A stretch of 57,120 nucleotides of DNA from Candidatus Campbellbacteria bacterium (GTDB lineage: Bacteria; Patescibacteriota; Minisyncoccia; Phycocordibacterales; CSBR16-193), in assembly GCA_007125155.1 (NCBI GenBank), contig SLDR01000028.1, forward strand, positions 1 through 57,120, given 5' to 3'. Below, in pieces: positions 10,655-20,487 of the stretch. Positions within the stretch are counted from its first letter, which is position 1. Each line of letters begins with the position of its first letter. Made by a program: the position numbers and the translations under genes. Under the pieces are notes generated by a model, which did no database searches, was not told the origin of the DNA, and was given only the letters and a program-made list of their open reading frames with translations.

Positions 10655-12283
10655 TCATATATCAACCTTAAAGGTCTCCCTGATGATACCGTCCTTTACC
10701 TCAAAGGGCTCGGAGGTATAAACATTCCTATAGCTATCCTCTCCCTCTTTGCAATCAATGCTTACATAATAGAAACCATTAGTTACGAGTGAAAAATATC
10801 TCCCGTAGGCATCACACACCACCTTATAAGCCTCGTTACCACTATCGACCAGACGAATCCGGACGATGGCAAAAGGTAGGGGTTCCCCGTTTCTCTCATT
10901 GACCACCTTGCCCAGTCGGCGCGGCTTGATCCTGATCATTCTTACAAACATCAGAAGTAAATAGAGGGAAACTATTATAATGTTATATACGGTAGGCATC
11001 AGTAACAAAGCCACGAGTGAAAAAATGAATCCAATATAAAAGAACCAATTAAGAATGACCGCCTTGAAGAAGTCACCATAAGAATAATAGTTAAGTATCT
11101 TCTTATTAAGTTTTGCAAACTCATTCCAGTCAAATTTATCGGGATCCATGGGGACATTCTTTCCGGCAATGGCAACTTTATCGTTTATCTCAAAGATCTC
11201 CCCAAAATAAAGATCGTCGTATATGACATCGCTTCTTTTCCCCTTTAATTTTTTTGAAGGAAAACTATAATTTGTCTTGTTGACCTTCAATCTGTATCTA
11301 CCTGGCTCAACCAGGAACCCGTATCGACCATCAATATCGGTTATCGAGGTTTTTATGTCATTTCCGTCTTCATCTTGGAGTTGAACATAAGCCGGATCTA
11401 TAGGCTGCTTGGTAACACTGTCATAAACGACCCCCCAAGGTCTCAAACGCTTCTTGAAACCCAAAAAACCCACGAACAGAGCCCACAGCCTGAAAGGTAA
11501 TAGAATGATCTCCAATATCCTTAAAGACGAAAAGAACAATGATGTCAAAGTTAAAAAAAATCCCGCAATGATACCCAGAATGGAGACCATTTGAGCCAAC
11601 GTTACTCCGACATCGGTTTGTAAGAATTCACGTGCCATGTCTACGGCTCTACTGCCCATGTACTGGAAAGCCCCTACGTCATGAATAATAAGGTCCATAA
11701 AACTCGTTTCCGACAAACTTGGAGTAACTTCCGAAGGGGTCTTGCTGACAACGGCCGAACCATGCCTACCGATCCGGAGATCGACCATTATCAAGCCTGA
11801 CGGGTATGTTTCCCCATTGGCCAATGTAACAACTTCCTCGGTATCATCCTCGTCTAAAGATTCAAGAGCGATACCAAGAGTATAGCGATGATGACCTTGA
11901 ACGGCCTGGCCGAAGCCTGAAACATCGGATGTGGTTATGTTGTCACCCCTTTCTATCGGTCCGTCCTTTAAAATTACATTGACGGGAGTCTGGCCCATCC
12001 TAATGACCGGAACAGATCCCGATTCGGTCCGAAACATTAACATGGGATTCTCCACAACCACGCCGAAAACGTCGGGGCTGTCTTCAACGGCGGAAAGCCA
12101 AAGAGTATTACTATATCTGTCACGAACGATTATGTCCCCGGGAATGGTATTAAGATTCTCTATCGGATAAGTAACGGAAAGATTGTAGTGAAGAGAATCG
12201 AGGGCGGATGAACCAAGCGGGAAAATGAGCAGAAATAAAAAAAAAAAAACAATGCGATATTTGGAAAAAAACGAACTTCTCAT
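10655..12283 (-). CDS. Membrane protein: same exported domain as neighbour, several TMs, two carboxypeptidase-regulatory-like beta domains
   Basis: Shares DSPDVFGVxVExP and VNVxLKDGPIxxGDxIxTSDVxGxG with 9632..10489. Also has WGVVYDSVTKQPIDPAYV...TDIDGRYGFLVEPGRY and GKVVNERNGEPLPFAIV...CDAYGRY. Confidence 0.75.
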   Translation of the reverse strand: MRSSFFSKYRIVFFFLFLLIFPLGSSALDSLHYNLSVTYPIENLNTIPGDIIVRDRYSNTLWLSAVEDSPDVFGVVVENPMLMFRTESGSVPVIRMGQTPVNVILKDGPIERGDNITTSDVSGFGQAVQGHHRYTLGIALESLDEDDTEEVVTLANGETYPSGLIMVDLRIGRHGSAVVSKTPSEVTPSLSETSFMDLIIHDVGAFQYMGSRAVDMAREFLQTDVGVTLAQMVSILGIIAGFFLTLTSLFFSSLRILEIILLPFRLWALFVGFLGFKKRLRPWGVVYDSVTKQPIDPAYVQLQDEDGNDIKTSITDIDGRYGFLVEPGRYRLKVNKTNYSFPSKKLKGKRSDVIYDDLYFGEIFEINDKVAIAGKNVPMDPDKFDWNEFAKLNKKILNYYSYGDFFKAVILNWFFYIGFIFSLVALLLMPTVYNIIIVSLYLLLMFVRMIRIKPRRLGKVVNERNGEPLPFAIVRIRLVDSGNEAYKVVCDAYGRYFSLVTNGFYYVSIDCKEGEDSYRNVYTSEPFEVKDGIIRETFKVDI

Positions 12284-12416
12284 GGTTACTAAGACCTTAA
12301 CGTCAAATCGATCATTCTTATGAACATCTTATCACAGTGGATGCTTAAAGCTTCCATTAAAAATATTATGGAAGTCGGTATTCCATATTATTTGAAAAAA
12401 AATTCTTGATCATTTT

Positions 12417-14711
12417 TTATATCGGACAGCCTCCCGCAACGCAGGCGTACTCCTTGGCGCCCTCAGTGTTATCTTCCCCTTCATAAGTAACTATCTTTGA
12501 GAAATCAATACCGGTAAATCTTTTAGCCATCTCTTTGTATCTTTCCTCATCTATCTCTTCATAAGGGGCGAGGCTGTAAACATGATCATTTTTTGGCAAA
12601 AAGGAAAGTCCGCCAATTATTTCCCAGTTATTATAAAGCCAGTGAGCTGTTGATATCCATTCACTTTCATCAACGGTGACGGTTACCGAAGGATTGTGTT
12701 CGGTGTAATTTTCTTTTACCTTTTTCCAGTGGTCAAGTTGATCTTGAGAATTAAGATCCCCGCTTGTTATAGCTCCCTCCGGCGCCTTGACGGGAAACTC
12801 AAGAACATAAGTATTAGCGTCACTTTCCGTTTGACCAACCTCAGGATAAAAAGGTACCCCTTGATCCCTTAACATGTGGAATAACGAGTCTGTGGAAGAT
12901 ATCCTTATTCTCCTGATGTAATATTTGGCATACCTTGGATGCATTCCGGAAGATGAGTTGACCAACTGGGAGACGGTACCGGATGGTTTTATACAGGTAA
13001 CTGCGGTTGAGGGATTCACGCCGAATCTTAAAGCATATTCCCTATTGACCTTTATGGCTTCTTTCTTCAGAGCCTTCAAATTTTCAGCTTTTCTCGATTC
13101 CTTCGAATCCCACTGTCCGGTCACTGAAACCCCCAACAGACACTCCTCTCTGCAGTTCCTGGTCCATTCCTCAGAAAGATAACCAAAGTTCGTCAAAGTA
13201 GATTGATAAGTTCCCAATATCGCGGCGAGTTTGATCTTTCTCAAAAGATCCACTTTAGTGTCCCCTGCACGAGCTACCACTTCCGAAAGATTACAGAACT
13301 GTTTAGAACGCAAGATTATCTCTACGCAAGGATTCACTCCCGACAGATCTATATCATTTTTGAATATCTTCCAACGTCTTTTTGGAAGCTGTTTCTCAAG
13401 AGATCCCCTGTTGAATATACCTCTCTCACCCGAACGAGACTTCATTAAAGCCAACCACTCATCAAGAAAATCCGTTTCTGTAGGCTTTTCATTGTAAACA
13501 ACGGAATTATTGGCCATCGATCTTTGCGGTTCCGTCACATAAAACCTTCCTTTCTTTGAATCTCTCATGAGCTGATCATCCAAGTCGGAAATAGATATCA
13601 ACGCACTGCGCCTAACACCCCCGGCCACCACCACCTGACCTATTTTGCAAATTATGTCATATGCATCCAAGGTTGAAAGACGACGCCCTTGTTTTGAAAG
13701 AACCTTATCTCTGGAAAACCTCAAAAGATCCCTTAACGGTTCCGGTCCTGAGCTTTTTCCTCCCATGGTCTTTAGCTTGGATCCTTGCGGTCTTACTTTA
13801 GAATAATCAAATTCAATATCACTTCCGGAAAACCAGGTTTCCAAACCCAAAACCAATGCATCGGCCCAACCCTCCTTGCTGTCATCTATCACATGAGTGG
13901 GTTTTTTCTCCCCCGTTTGCTTCCGTATCTGAGGCAAAGCTTCTATGTGCTGGCCTTCAACCGAAAAACCAACTCCGACTCCACACATAGAAAGATAAAC
14001 TATCTCCCCGAAATCGCGAAGCTTCCTCGGTGCGATAAAAGAGCAATTATATGCGCAAACATTGGTCCTGCGAGCCGCCTTACCCGCACTCCACATCAAT
14101 CTCATGGACGGCATGACATCCTGATTCAATATCGCTTCCCTTATTTCATCATATTCCTTTTTATGAAGCTTATCTCCCAAATTTTCTTTCATAAAATCCA
14201 TATACCTGTCGACCGTCTCCACCCATGTCTCACGGCGTCCCTTCTCATCGATCCAACGAGAGTAAGTTCGGTAGTAGACAAACTCTGAAAGAGGTTCCTT
14301 AAGATACTTCTTGCTTTCTTTTGTTAGTTTCTTGACACTATCCGGAACCCTTACACCTCGCCTTCGAAGCCGAGCTCTTTTTTCTCGATAGAGAATATAT
14401 TTTTTTGCCGAATTCACATAATCTCCGAGAATAAGTTCTTTTTCGACCGTGTCCTGTATCCCTTCCACCGATGGTATAAAATACTTTTGCTTCTTTCTTA
14501 TCCTGACAAGATCGGCAAAAACCTTGTTGGCAACCATGCTGGCCTCCACGTCGGAGCCCTCGTCGGCGGCAAGCATGGCTTTGTATATCGCATTAGCTAT
14601 CCTGCTAAGATCGAACGGCTCTATGGAATCATCACGTTTTCTTACCTTCTCAATGAACTCATTTATTCTCTTGGGGTCCGTGAGATCAACGTGTCTTCCT
14701 TTGTTAGCCAT
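12417..14711 (-). CDS. nrdJ: Class II (adenosylcobalamin) ribonucleoside-triphosphate reductase with N-terminal ATP cone
   Basis: VRKRD ATP cone; YRTYSR, GGVRRSALIS, NPCVEI, FCNLSEV, KPSGTVS; C-terminal CVAGGCPI cysteine pair. Confidence 0.93.
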   Translation of the reverse strand: MANKGRHVDLTDPKRINEFIEKVRKRDDSIEPFDLSRIANAIYKAMLAADEGSDVEASMVANKVFADLVRIRKKQKYFIPSVEGIQDTVEKELILGDYVNSAKKYILYREKRARLRRRGVRVPDSVKKLTKESKKYLKEPLSEFVYYRTYSRWIDEKGRRETWVETVDRYMDFMKENLGDKLHKKEYDEIREAILNQDVMPSMRLMWSAGKAARRTNVCAYNCSFIAPRKLRDFGEIVYLSMCGVGVGFSVEGQHIEALPQIRKQTGEKKPTHVIDDSKEGWADALVLGLETWFSGSDIEFDYSKVRPQGSKLKTMGGKSSGPEPLRDLLRFSRDKVLSKQGRRLSTLDAYDIICKIGQVVVAGGVRRSALISISDLDDQLMRDSKKGRFYVTEPQRSMANNSVVYNEKPTETDFLDEWLALMKSRSGERGIFNRGSLEKQLPKRRWKIFKNDIDLSGVNPCVEIILRSKQFCNLSEVVARAGDTKVDLLRKIKLAAILGTYQSTLTNFGYLSEEWTRNCREECLLGVSVTGQWDSKESRKAENLKALKKEAIKVNREYALRFGVNPSTAVTCIKPSGTVSQLVNSSSGMHPRYAKYYIRRIRISSTDSLFHMLRDQGVPFYPEVGQTESDANTYVLEFPVKAPEGAITSGDLNSQDQLDHWKKVKENYTEHNPSVTVTVDESEWISTAHWLYNNWEIIGGLSFLPKNDHVYSLAPYEEIDEERYKEMAKRFTGIDFSKIVTYEGEDNTEGAKEYACVAGGCPI

Positions 14712-14851
14712 TTGATTTATTGGTTTAGCCTATAATATTATATATTCTATCAATCAAGCCACCTCTAACAAGCTCGAATATTGGACACCCAAGCCAAAAG
14801 GATGCGTAGTTGAACATTAAAATAAAGGCTTTACGAAAGAGGTCCGAAAAC

Positions 14852-14860
14852 TGTGGATAA
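14852..14860 (-). promoter_or_regulatory. Perfect DnaA-box consensus upstream of nrdJ
   Basis: TGTGGATAA about 140 bp upstream of the nrdJ start. Confidence 0.45.
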
Positions 14861-14935
14861 CAGATAAATTCCGTATGGCGTCAAGATAAAAAAATTCATT
14901 AGTATCGGAGCTTACATCCAAAAATAAAGACCTCG

Positions 14936-15415
14936 CTAATGAATGGTGAACAGACTTCCGACACCCCATTCCATTTCCGCCACCATACCTGACTCAACCT
15001 CAAGAACAAATAAGGCCGGGTCGTAAGGTCTGAATACTTCGGGGAAAGTTTCCGGAGAAACATCCTCTTTTATAAATATCACCCTGCCCGACCGGTCTAT
15101 CCATATGATATCGATAGAAAAACGCATATCCTTCATCCATATTCCATGTATATCTTCTTCGGGAAAAACAAAGAGAAGGCCGTCCGCGTAACCGATACCA
15201 TCACGACCGGAAAGACCGATACGGAGATCTTTATTTTCCTCCACTATCTCAACCAGTATCTCATCCCCGTCTATATAAGCCTTCCGAAACTCGCTTTTTT
15301 CGAAAGATTCATGACTCTGATCTGAGAACCAAAAAAAGAAAACGGCCGATACGGCGACAAGCACGGCCGTCGCCAGCCCCAAGTTCTTAAAAAAATTGAT
15401 CCTGTTCTCGTACAT
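14936..15415 (-). CDS. DUF192 family membrane-anchored protein
   Basis: GLSGR...GLLFVF...IWMKDMRFSIDIIWID...FVLEV; N-terminal TM. ATG at 15415 preferred over the overlapping upstream start. Confidence 0.85.
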   Translation of the reverse strand: MYENRINFFKNLGLATAVLVAVSAVFFFWFSDQSHESFEKSEFRKAYIDGDEILVEIVEENKDLRIGLSGRDGIGYADGLLFVFPEEDIHGIWMKDMRFSIDIIWIDRSGRVIFIKEDVSPETFPEVFRPYDPALFVLEVESGMVAEMEWGVGSLFTIH

Positions 15416-15489
15416 CTGTATCAAAATCTCAAAGGTCGATCCCCGCCCGGGTACATTAAAAAAATGGCACATCAAGATCAGGGCCACAT

Positions 15490-17439
15490 TTAACGAACCG
15501 ACCATTCGTCATGGGAGTTTACTGCGGAAGATATCACATCCATAACCTTATTTACCTCGGAATCCGAAAGTGTCCTTTCATGAGAAACAAAAACCAAACG
15601 AAAAGCGTAAGAACGCCAATTTCCCCCTTTGTCATCGATCTTTTCATAAACATCAAAAAGTCTGACATTCTTGAGAAGATCGCCCGCGTTACTTTTTATC
15701 ACCTCACGGACTTGATCATCTCCAACATTAGCGGGAACAAAAACCGCAATATCCCTTAATACGAATGGGTATGGCGATATAGGTTGATATTTTATACCTC
15801 TTTTTTCACGGTGAAAGATATCCCACTCTTCCGGTTGAGGTAACTCATTCAAAACTTCATCCAAACAACACTCCCAAACGTTGCCCGATACGAATGAACC
15901 TATCTTTTTAAGGTCTGGCCCCAAATCGGTGGATATCTCTTCCAGTGCCGATACCACCAACTCCTCTTCTCCGGGTTTCTGTTTCTTCTTGGTATTTTTA
16001 ACCCCTAAGGTAAGATGGGTCTTCTCTTCCTTCGGAGTAAAAACATTCGCAATCTCAAAAAGGCGGACTCTTTCTTCGCCGACCAACTCAATGTTCCTTT
16101 CGTTGAAAACAAGAGCTTTTTTCATATCCGTACTCAGTTCGTTCCTCAGATATCTTCTATCGCTTGTTAGCGGGTTCTCAAGCTCGACCGCCCCCATGTC
16201 TCCCACCGAATAAGTGAATATCTCAGAAAAACCGATCTTCGTTAAACACAAACGTATCCTCGCTTGATAATAGAAACGCTTGTTGATATCTATCCTTCCC
16301 TTAACGGGCCTAAGATCGACGGGTTTTAATTTTTCATATCCGTAGATACGCCCCACTTCCTCAATGACATCCTCCGGTATCTTCAGATCAACTCTGTCCT
16401 TGGGCGGTTCAACCTCGACCATCTCGCCTTTTATTGCCACCTTACACCTTAAACGCTCAAGTATTTTCGAAACTTCTTTGGCGGGCACATCCGATCCCAG
16501 TGTCGCTTTTATCTCAGACAGAGGAAATGAAACGGTCCAACTTGGTACCTTAAAAGGATATATGTCTGTTGTTTTTCCGATTGAAATGAGGGACGAGTAC
16601 TTCTTCGAACCGGGGTCCGTCTCCAACCCGTTATCGCATATCAATTTACGAGCAAATTCGGCGGAATGTAGAGCATATTCGGGAGAAGGATCATTTTCAA
16701 ATCTTTTTGAAGATTCAGTCAAAATGTTAATACGACGCGAAGTCCTTCTTACGCAGACCGGGTCAAATGATGCGGCTTCCAAAACTATATTTTCAGTATT
16801 CTCATCAACCTCGGCTTTTTTACCGCCCTTTATCCCCGCAAGGGCCAACACCGAATCTTCATCGGCGATGATCAATTCTGTTCCATTTAACATTATCTCA
16901 TTTCCGTCAAGCGTGATCATGCTCTCACCCTTACGCGCCAGTCTGACGTATATCTTATCTCCTTTTATTTTATCCCTGTCAAAAGCGTGAAGAGGTTGGC
17001 CGGTATCGAACATCACGAAATTCGTTATATCAACAATGTTATTTATCGGCCTTTCACCTATTGATTCGAGCCTTTTTCTCAACCATTCGGCTGAGGGACC
17101 GACACGTACATTGGAAACAGGCAAGGCTACATAGCGCCGACAAAGCTCAACATCTTCAACCTCAACAAAAAAACCGCCCCCCTTTCTTTCCGCCTCGGGA
17201 ACCTCTCTTGCCTTTAACTCAAAGCCGTAAATGGCGGAGATCTCGCCGGCCACGCCACGATGAGAAAGACAATCGTGAGCGCGGTTCGGAAGAATGTCGA
17301 CATCTATGACCGCTTCCTCTCCTTTGCCATGAACTCCTTCAACCTCGAAAGCTCTAAGAGACAGCATCTCCGCCATCTCCTTAGGATCCGGTAATTTTTC
17401 CCTTATATGATCCTGCAACCAAGAAACTTTAATCTTCAT
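15490..17439 (-). CDS. pheT: Phenylalanine--tRNA ligase beta subunit
   Basis: PNRAHDCLSHRGVA, NNIVDITNFVM..GQPLHAFD, R.DL....DVIEEVGRIYGY, C-terminal anticodon-binding RDIAV. Confidence 0.97.
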   Translation of the reverse strand: MKIKVSWLQDHIREKLPDPKEMAEMLSLRAFEVEGVHGKGEEAVIDVDILPNRAHDCLSHRGVAGEISAIYGFELKAREVPEAERKGGGFFVEVEDVELCRRYVALPVSNVRVGPSAEWLRKRLESIGERPINNIVDITNFVMFDTGQPLHAFDRDKIKGDKIYVRLARKGESMITLDGNEIMLNGTELIIADEDSVLALAGIKGGKKAEVDENTENIVLEAASFDPVCVRRTSRRINILTESSKRFENDPSPEYALHSAEFARKLICDNGLETDPGSKKYSSLISIGKTTDIYPFKVPSWTVSFPLSEIKATLGSDVPAKEVSKILERLRCKVAIKGEMVEVEPPKDRVDLKIPEDVIEEVGRIYGYEKLKPVDLRPVKGRIDINKRFYYQARIRLCLTKIGFSEIFTYSVGDMGAVELENPLTSDRRYLRNELSTDMKKALVFNERNIELVGEERVRLFEIANVFTPKEEKTHLTLGVKNTKKKQKPGEEELVVSALEEISTDLGPDLKKIGSFVSGNVWECCLDEVLNELPQPEEWDIFHREKRGIKYQPISPYPFVLRDIAVFVPANVGDDQVREVIKSNAGDLLKNVRLFDVYEKIDDKGGNWRSYAFRLVFVSHERTLSDSEVNKVMDVISSAVNSHDEWSVR

Positions 17440-17463
17440 GATCTTTAATTTACATTCAAAAAA

Positions 17464-18207
17464 TCAAAACTGCCTTATGAAACGCAAATCGGCGGAATGA
17501 AACAGACGTATATCTTCAATCCCATACTTTAACATAAGGATCCGCTCGGGACTCAAACCAAAAGCTATTCCTTTCCACTCCGATGAGTCGATCCCCACTG
17601 AGGAGAAAACATTCGGGTGGACCATTCCGGCGCCCAGTATTTCTATCCACCCCGTATCTTTACATATTCCACAGCCTTCCGCTCTACAGAAAGAACAGGA
17701 TATGTCGATCTCAACTCCCGGCTCAACAAAAGGAAAATACCCCGGCCTGAACCTTATGACCAATTCTTCATCTTCAAAGACCTTTTTAAGAAAATCTTCG
17801 AGGATGGCTTTCAGACTTGCCAAAGTTATCCCTTTCTCTACGACCAAACCCTCTATTTGATGGAACTGTGTTTCGTGTGTGGCATCTGTCGCTTCCTGCC
17901 TGTAAACCCTCCCCGGTACGATGACCCTGAACGGAGGCGGGTTACTCTTCATAAAACGAACCTGAACACAGGAAGTGTGGGAGCGAAGGATAACTCTGTC
18001 ATCGACGGGATCCTTTATCCAAAAAGTATCCTGTTGATCCCGAGAAGGATGATCGGGAGGAACGTTCAAAGCATCAAAATTATTATACTCTGTCTCCATC
18101 TGAGGTCCTTCGGCGACGGTAAATCCCATATCCCTGAAAATGGAGTGCGTTGAATATACAAAACTTGTGACCGGATGCAATGAGCCGGATCTTTCTTCCT
18201 CAGTCAT
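17464..18207 (-). CDS. pheS: Phenylalanine--tRNA ligase alpha subunit (N-terminally short)
   Basis: NFDALN...HPSRDQQDTF, LRSHTS, FHQIEGL, YFPFVEP, WIEILGAGMVHP. Confidence 0.97.
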   Translation of the reverse strand: MTEEERSGSLHPVTSFVYSTHSIFRDMGFTVAEGPQMETEYNNFDALNVPPDHPSRDQQDTFWIKDPVDDRVILRSHTSCVQVRFMKSNPPPFRVIVPGRVYRQEATDATHETQFHQIEGLVVEKGITLASLKAILEDFLKKVFEDEELVIRFRPGYFPFVEPGVEIDISCSFCRAEGCGICKDTGWIEILGAGMVHPNVFSSVGIDSSEWKGIAFGLSPERILMLKYGIEDIRLFHSADLRFIRQF

Positions 18208-18298
18208 ATCTGGATATTATAGCAAAATCGTTAAGAAATCAAAAAACCGGATCTCTCATTTATAAAAAGATCCTTCTATTAAGAAAATTGAATGAATT

Positions 18299-18326
18299 TT
18301 GATATTTTAAAAGTTCATTGTATAAT
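18299..18326 (+). promoter_or_regulatory. Sigma70-type promoter of rnpB
   Basis: TTGATA-16 bp-TATAAT ending 7 bp before the P1 helix. Confidence 0.6.
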
Positions 18327-18332
18327 GTAACG

Positions 18333-18915
18333 GGTTCGCATCGGGTAGTCGCCCCGCTCTTTTAGTTTTCGTAATATATCGAAATAAAAAAGCACTTTCG
18401 ATATCAACGAAATTTAAAAGAGCGGGGAGGAAAGTCCGAACACCCATTCGTTCATTTAAACGTCTAAAATGGTAGCGGGTAACACCCGTCCCCCGCTCTT
18501 TTAGGCCCTTTTAAAGTACGTTCACTTCAAAAAAAGGGTTTAAAAGAGCGGGGAGAGGTGCGAGCAGTGACGCCAAAGCCGAAAGGCGGAGGGTCCCCTT
18601 GGGGGATAATTCTTCGGAAACGGAGAAGTGAAACGGCTAAATCCTTACCCGGGTGCAAGGCCGTGCCCCGCTCTTTTAGGTTTCGTTAAACCGATAAATA
18701 AATAACTCCGATTAAAAAAGAAATGTCAGAATTGTTACTAACGAAATTTAAGAGAGCGGGGAGTGCCGCAAGAGGTGAATGGTAACATTCATCCCAGATA
18801 AATGGCTACCGCCCCGCTCTTTTAGGTTTCGTAATATATCGAAATATAAAAGCACTTTCGATATCAACGAAATTTAAAAGAGCGGGGTACAGAATTCGGC
18901 TTATAGATGCGAACC
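18333..18915 (+). ncRNA. rnpB: RNase P RNA, enlarged (about 583 nt)
   Basis: P1 GGTTCGCATC/GATGCGAACC; GAGGAAAGTCCG; GTGAAACGG...GCAAG; CAGATAAATG; ACAGAATTCGGCTTA. Confidence 0.95.
18352..18887. repeat. Four palindromic elements CCCCGCTCTTTTA...TAAAAGAGCGGGG inside rnpB
   Basis: Copies at 18352..18427, 18491..18553, 18666..18761 and 18812..18887; copies 1 and 4 nearly identical. Confidence 0.95.
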
Positions 18916-18925
18916 TTTAAAACAT

Positions 18926-18962
18926 GAAAGCCTCTCGTTAATTAACGAGAGGCTTTCTTTTT
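18926..18962. terminator. Terminator between convergent rnpB and gatB
   Basis: GAAAGCCTCTCGTTAATTAACGAGAGGCTTTC perfect palindrome followed by a T-run. Confidence 0.85.
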
Positions 18963-18974
18963 ATATCTTTTAAG

Positions 18975-20399
18975 TCAGCCCCTGATAAGATCTTTTATGA
19001 CATCTTTCAAAAGTTGAGGATTGGCCGAACCTTTACTTTTTTTCATACCTTGACCGACAAGAAACTGCAAGGAGCTGTCCTTTCCACCCCTGTAATCGCT
19101 CACAACGTCGGGATTTTCTTTCATCACCTCTTCTGCCAAGGTGCGGATCTCCCGGTCGTCACTTGATTGGATCAGTCCGTATCTTTCAGCCAGATCATGG
19201 ACATTGCCTTCCTCTCCTTTATACATATGTAAAAGAATATCTTTGCCTCCACGAGAAGACAGCTTACCCTCCGATATCATTATCATAAGTTCAGCAAAAC
19301 GTGATGCCGATAAAGAGACCGTGTCCAGACCATCTTCCTTCATCAGCCCCAAAAGGTCACTCAATATGTAATTTGCGGCTCTTTTGGCCGAATTATCAAC
19401 GTCGGAAGGAATTATTTCGATAACCTCCTCAAAAAAATCCGATAATTTGGGGGTATTAACAAACATCTCCGTCTGCTCGGCATCAAGGCCGAAGCTTTTC
19501 TCGTATCTTTCCCTCTTTTCCCAAGGCAACTCGGGCAATGATGAACGAATGGATGAGGACGAAAATTCTTCAAATTCGGAAAGGCGGAAAGGCGGTATAT
19601 CAGGTTCGGGGAAATAACGATAGTCGTGTGATTCTTCTTTCTGTCTCTGTGAGACGGTGACGCCCTTTTCTTCATCCCATCCCCGTGTTTCTTGAGATAT
19701 CTTCCCACCTCTTTCAAGCACTTCGGTATGCCTTTCTATTTCATACGCAATTGCCTTTTCAACCGCCTTGAACGAATTCAAGTTTTTGACCTCTACCTTG
19801 GTACCCAGTTCCTTTGATCCGCTTATGGAAAGGTTGGCCTCAACACGCATCTCCCCTTTCTCCATATTGGCACGTCCGGTGTTCAAATATCGTAAAAGTA
19901 GTTGTAGCTCCCGGGCAACATGAGCCGCCTCTTTTCCACTCTTTATTTCGGGTTCAGTAACAAGCTCCATAAGTGGCAATCCGGACCTGTTAAAATCGAT
20001 AAGAGTGTTTCCGCCTTTATCATGGGTCGACCTGGCTGTATCTTCTTCCAAATGTATTCTGGTCAATTTTATACCCGCCAAAACCCCTCCTTCCACGAGA
20101 GGATGTTTATACTGACTTATCTGATACCCCTTGGGAATATCAGGGTAAAAATAGTGCTTCCTGTCGAATTCTGTAAAATCCGCAATTTTTCCTTCAAGAG
20201 CCTCCCCTACCTGAAGGATCTTATACACGGCCTCCTTGTTAACCACCGGGAGCGTGCCGGGTTGACCGGTACATATCGGACATATGTTTATATTAGGCCT
20301 TTTTTCATCGGGATCATTCAGACAACGACAAAACATTTTGCTTTCGGTCGAAAGTTGAGCGTGAATTTCCAAACCTATAGTGGGAATATAATTTTTCAT
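18975..20399 (-). CDS. gatB: Asp/Glu-tRNA amidotransferase subunit B
   Basis: IGLEIHAQL, FDRKHYFYPD.PKGYQISQ, HLEED, DYRYFPEPD. Confidence 0.98.
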   Translation of the reverse strand: MKNYIPTIGLEIHAQLSTESKMFCRCLNDPDEKRPNINICPICTGQPGTLPVVNKEAVYKILQVGEALEGKIADFTEFDRKHYFYPDIPKGYQISQYKHPLVEGGVLAGIKLTRIHLEEDTARSTHDKGGNTLIDFNRSGLPLMELVTEPEIKSGKEAAHVARELQLLLRYLNTGRANMEKGEMRVEANLSISGSKELGTKVEVKNLNSFKAVEKAIAYEIERHTEVLERGGKISQETRGWDEEKGVTVSQRQKEESHDYRYFPEPDIPPFRLSEFEEFSSSSIRSSLPELPWEKRERYEKSFGLDAEQTEMFVNTPKLSDFFEEVIEIIPSDVDNSAKRAANYILSDLLGLMKEDGLDTVSLSASRFAELMIMISEGKLSSRGGKDILLHMYKGEEGNVHDLAERYGLIQSSDDREIRTLAEEVMKENPDVVSDYRGGKDSSLQFLVGQGMKKSKGSANPQLLKDVIKDLIRG

Positions 20400-20487
20400 G
20401 ATCTTTAATCAAAACAGATCGAAGCCAAAGGCTTGTCCTTAAAATAATATTTAACTATAACAATTCCAAAAACTTTATCAAAGAGTG

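Noticed and set aside
11470..11530. LLPFRLWAL as the subunit-a RLFGN motif
   Set aside because: Only RL matches, and the protein has soluble beta domains and a TM layout unlike AtpB.
18352..18887. Repeats with unique intervening sequence as a CRISPR array
   Set aside because: The units are long hairpins of unequal length, the intervening sequences are conserved RNase P core motifs, and no cas genes are present.
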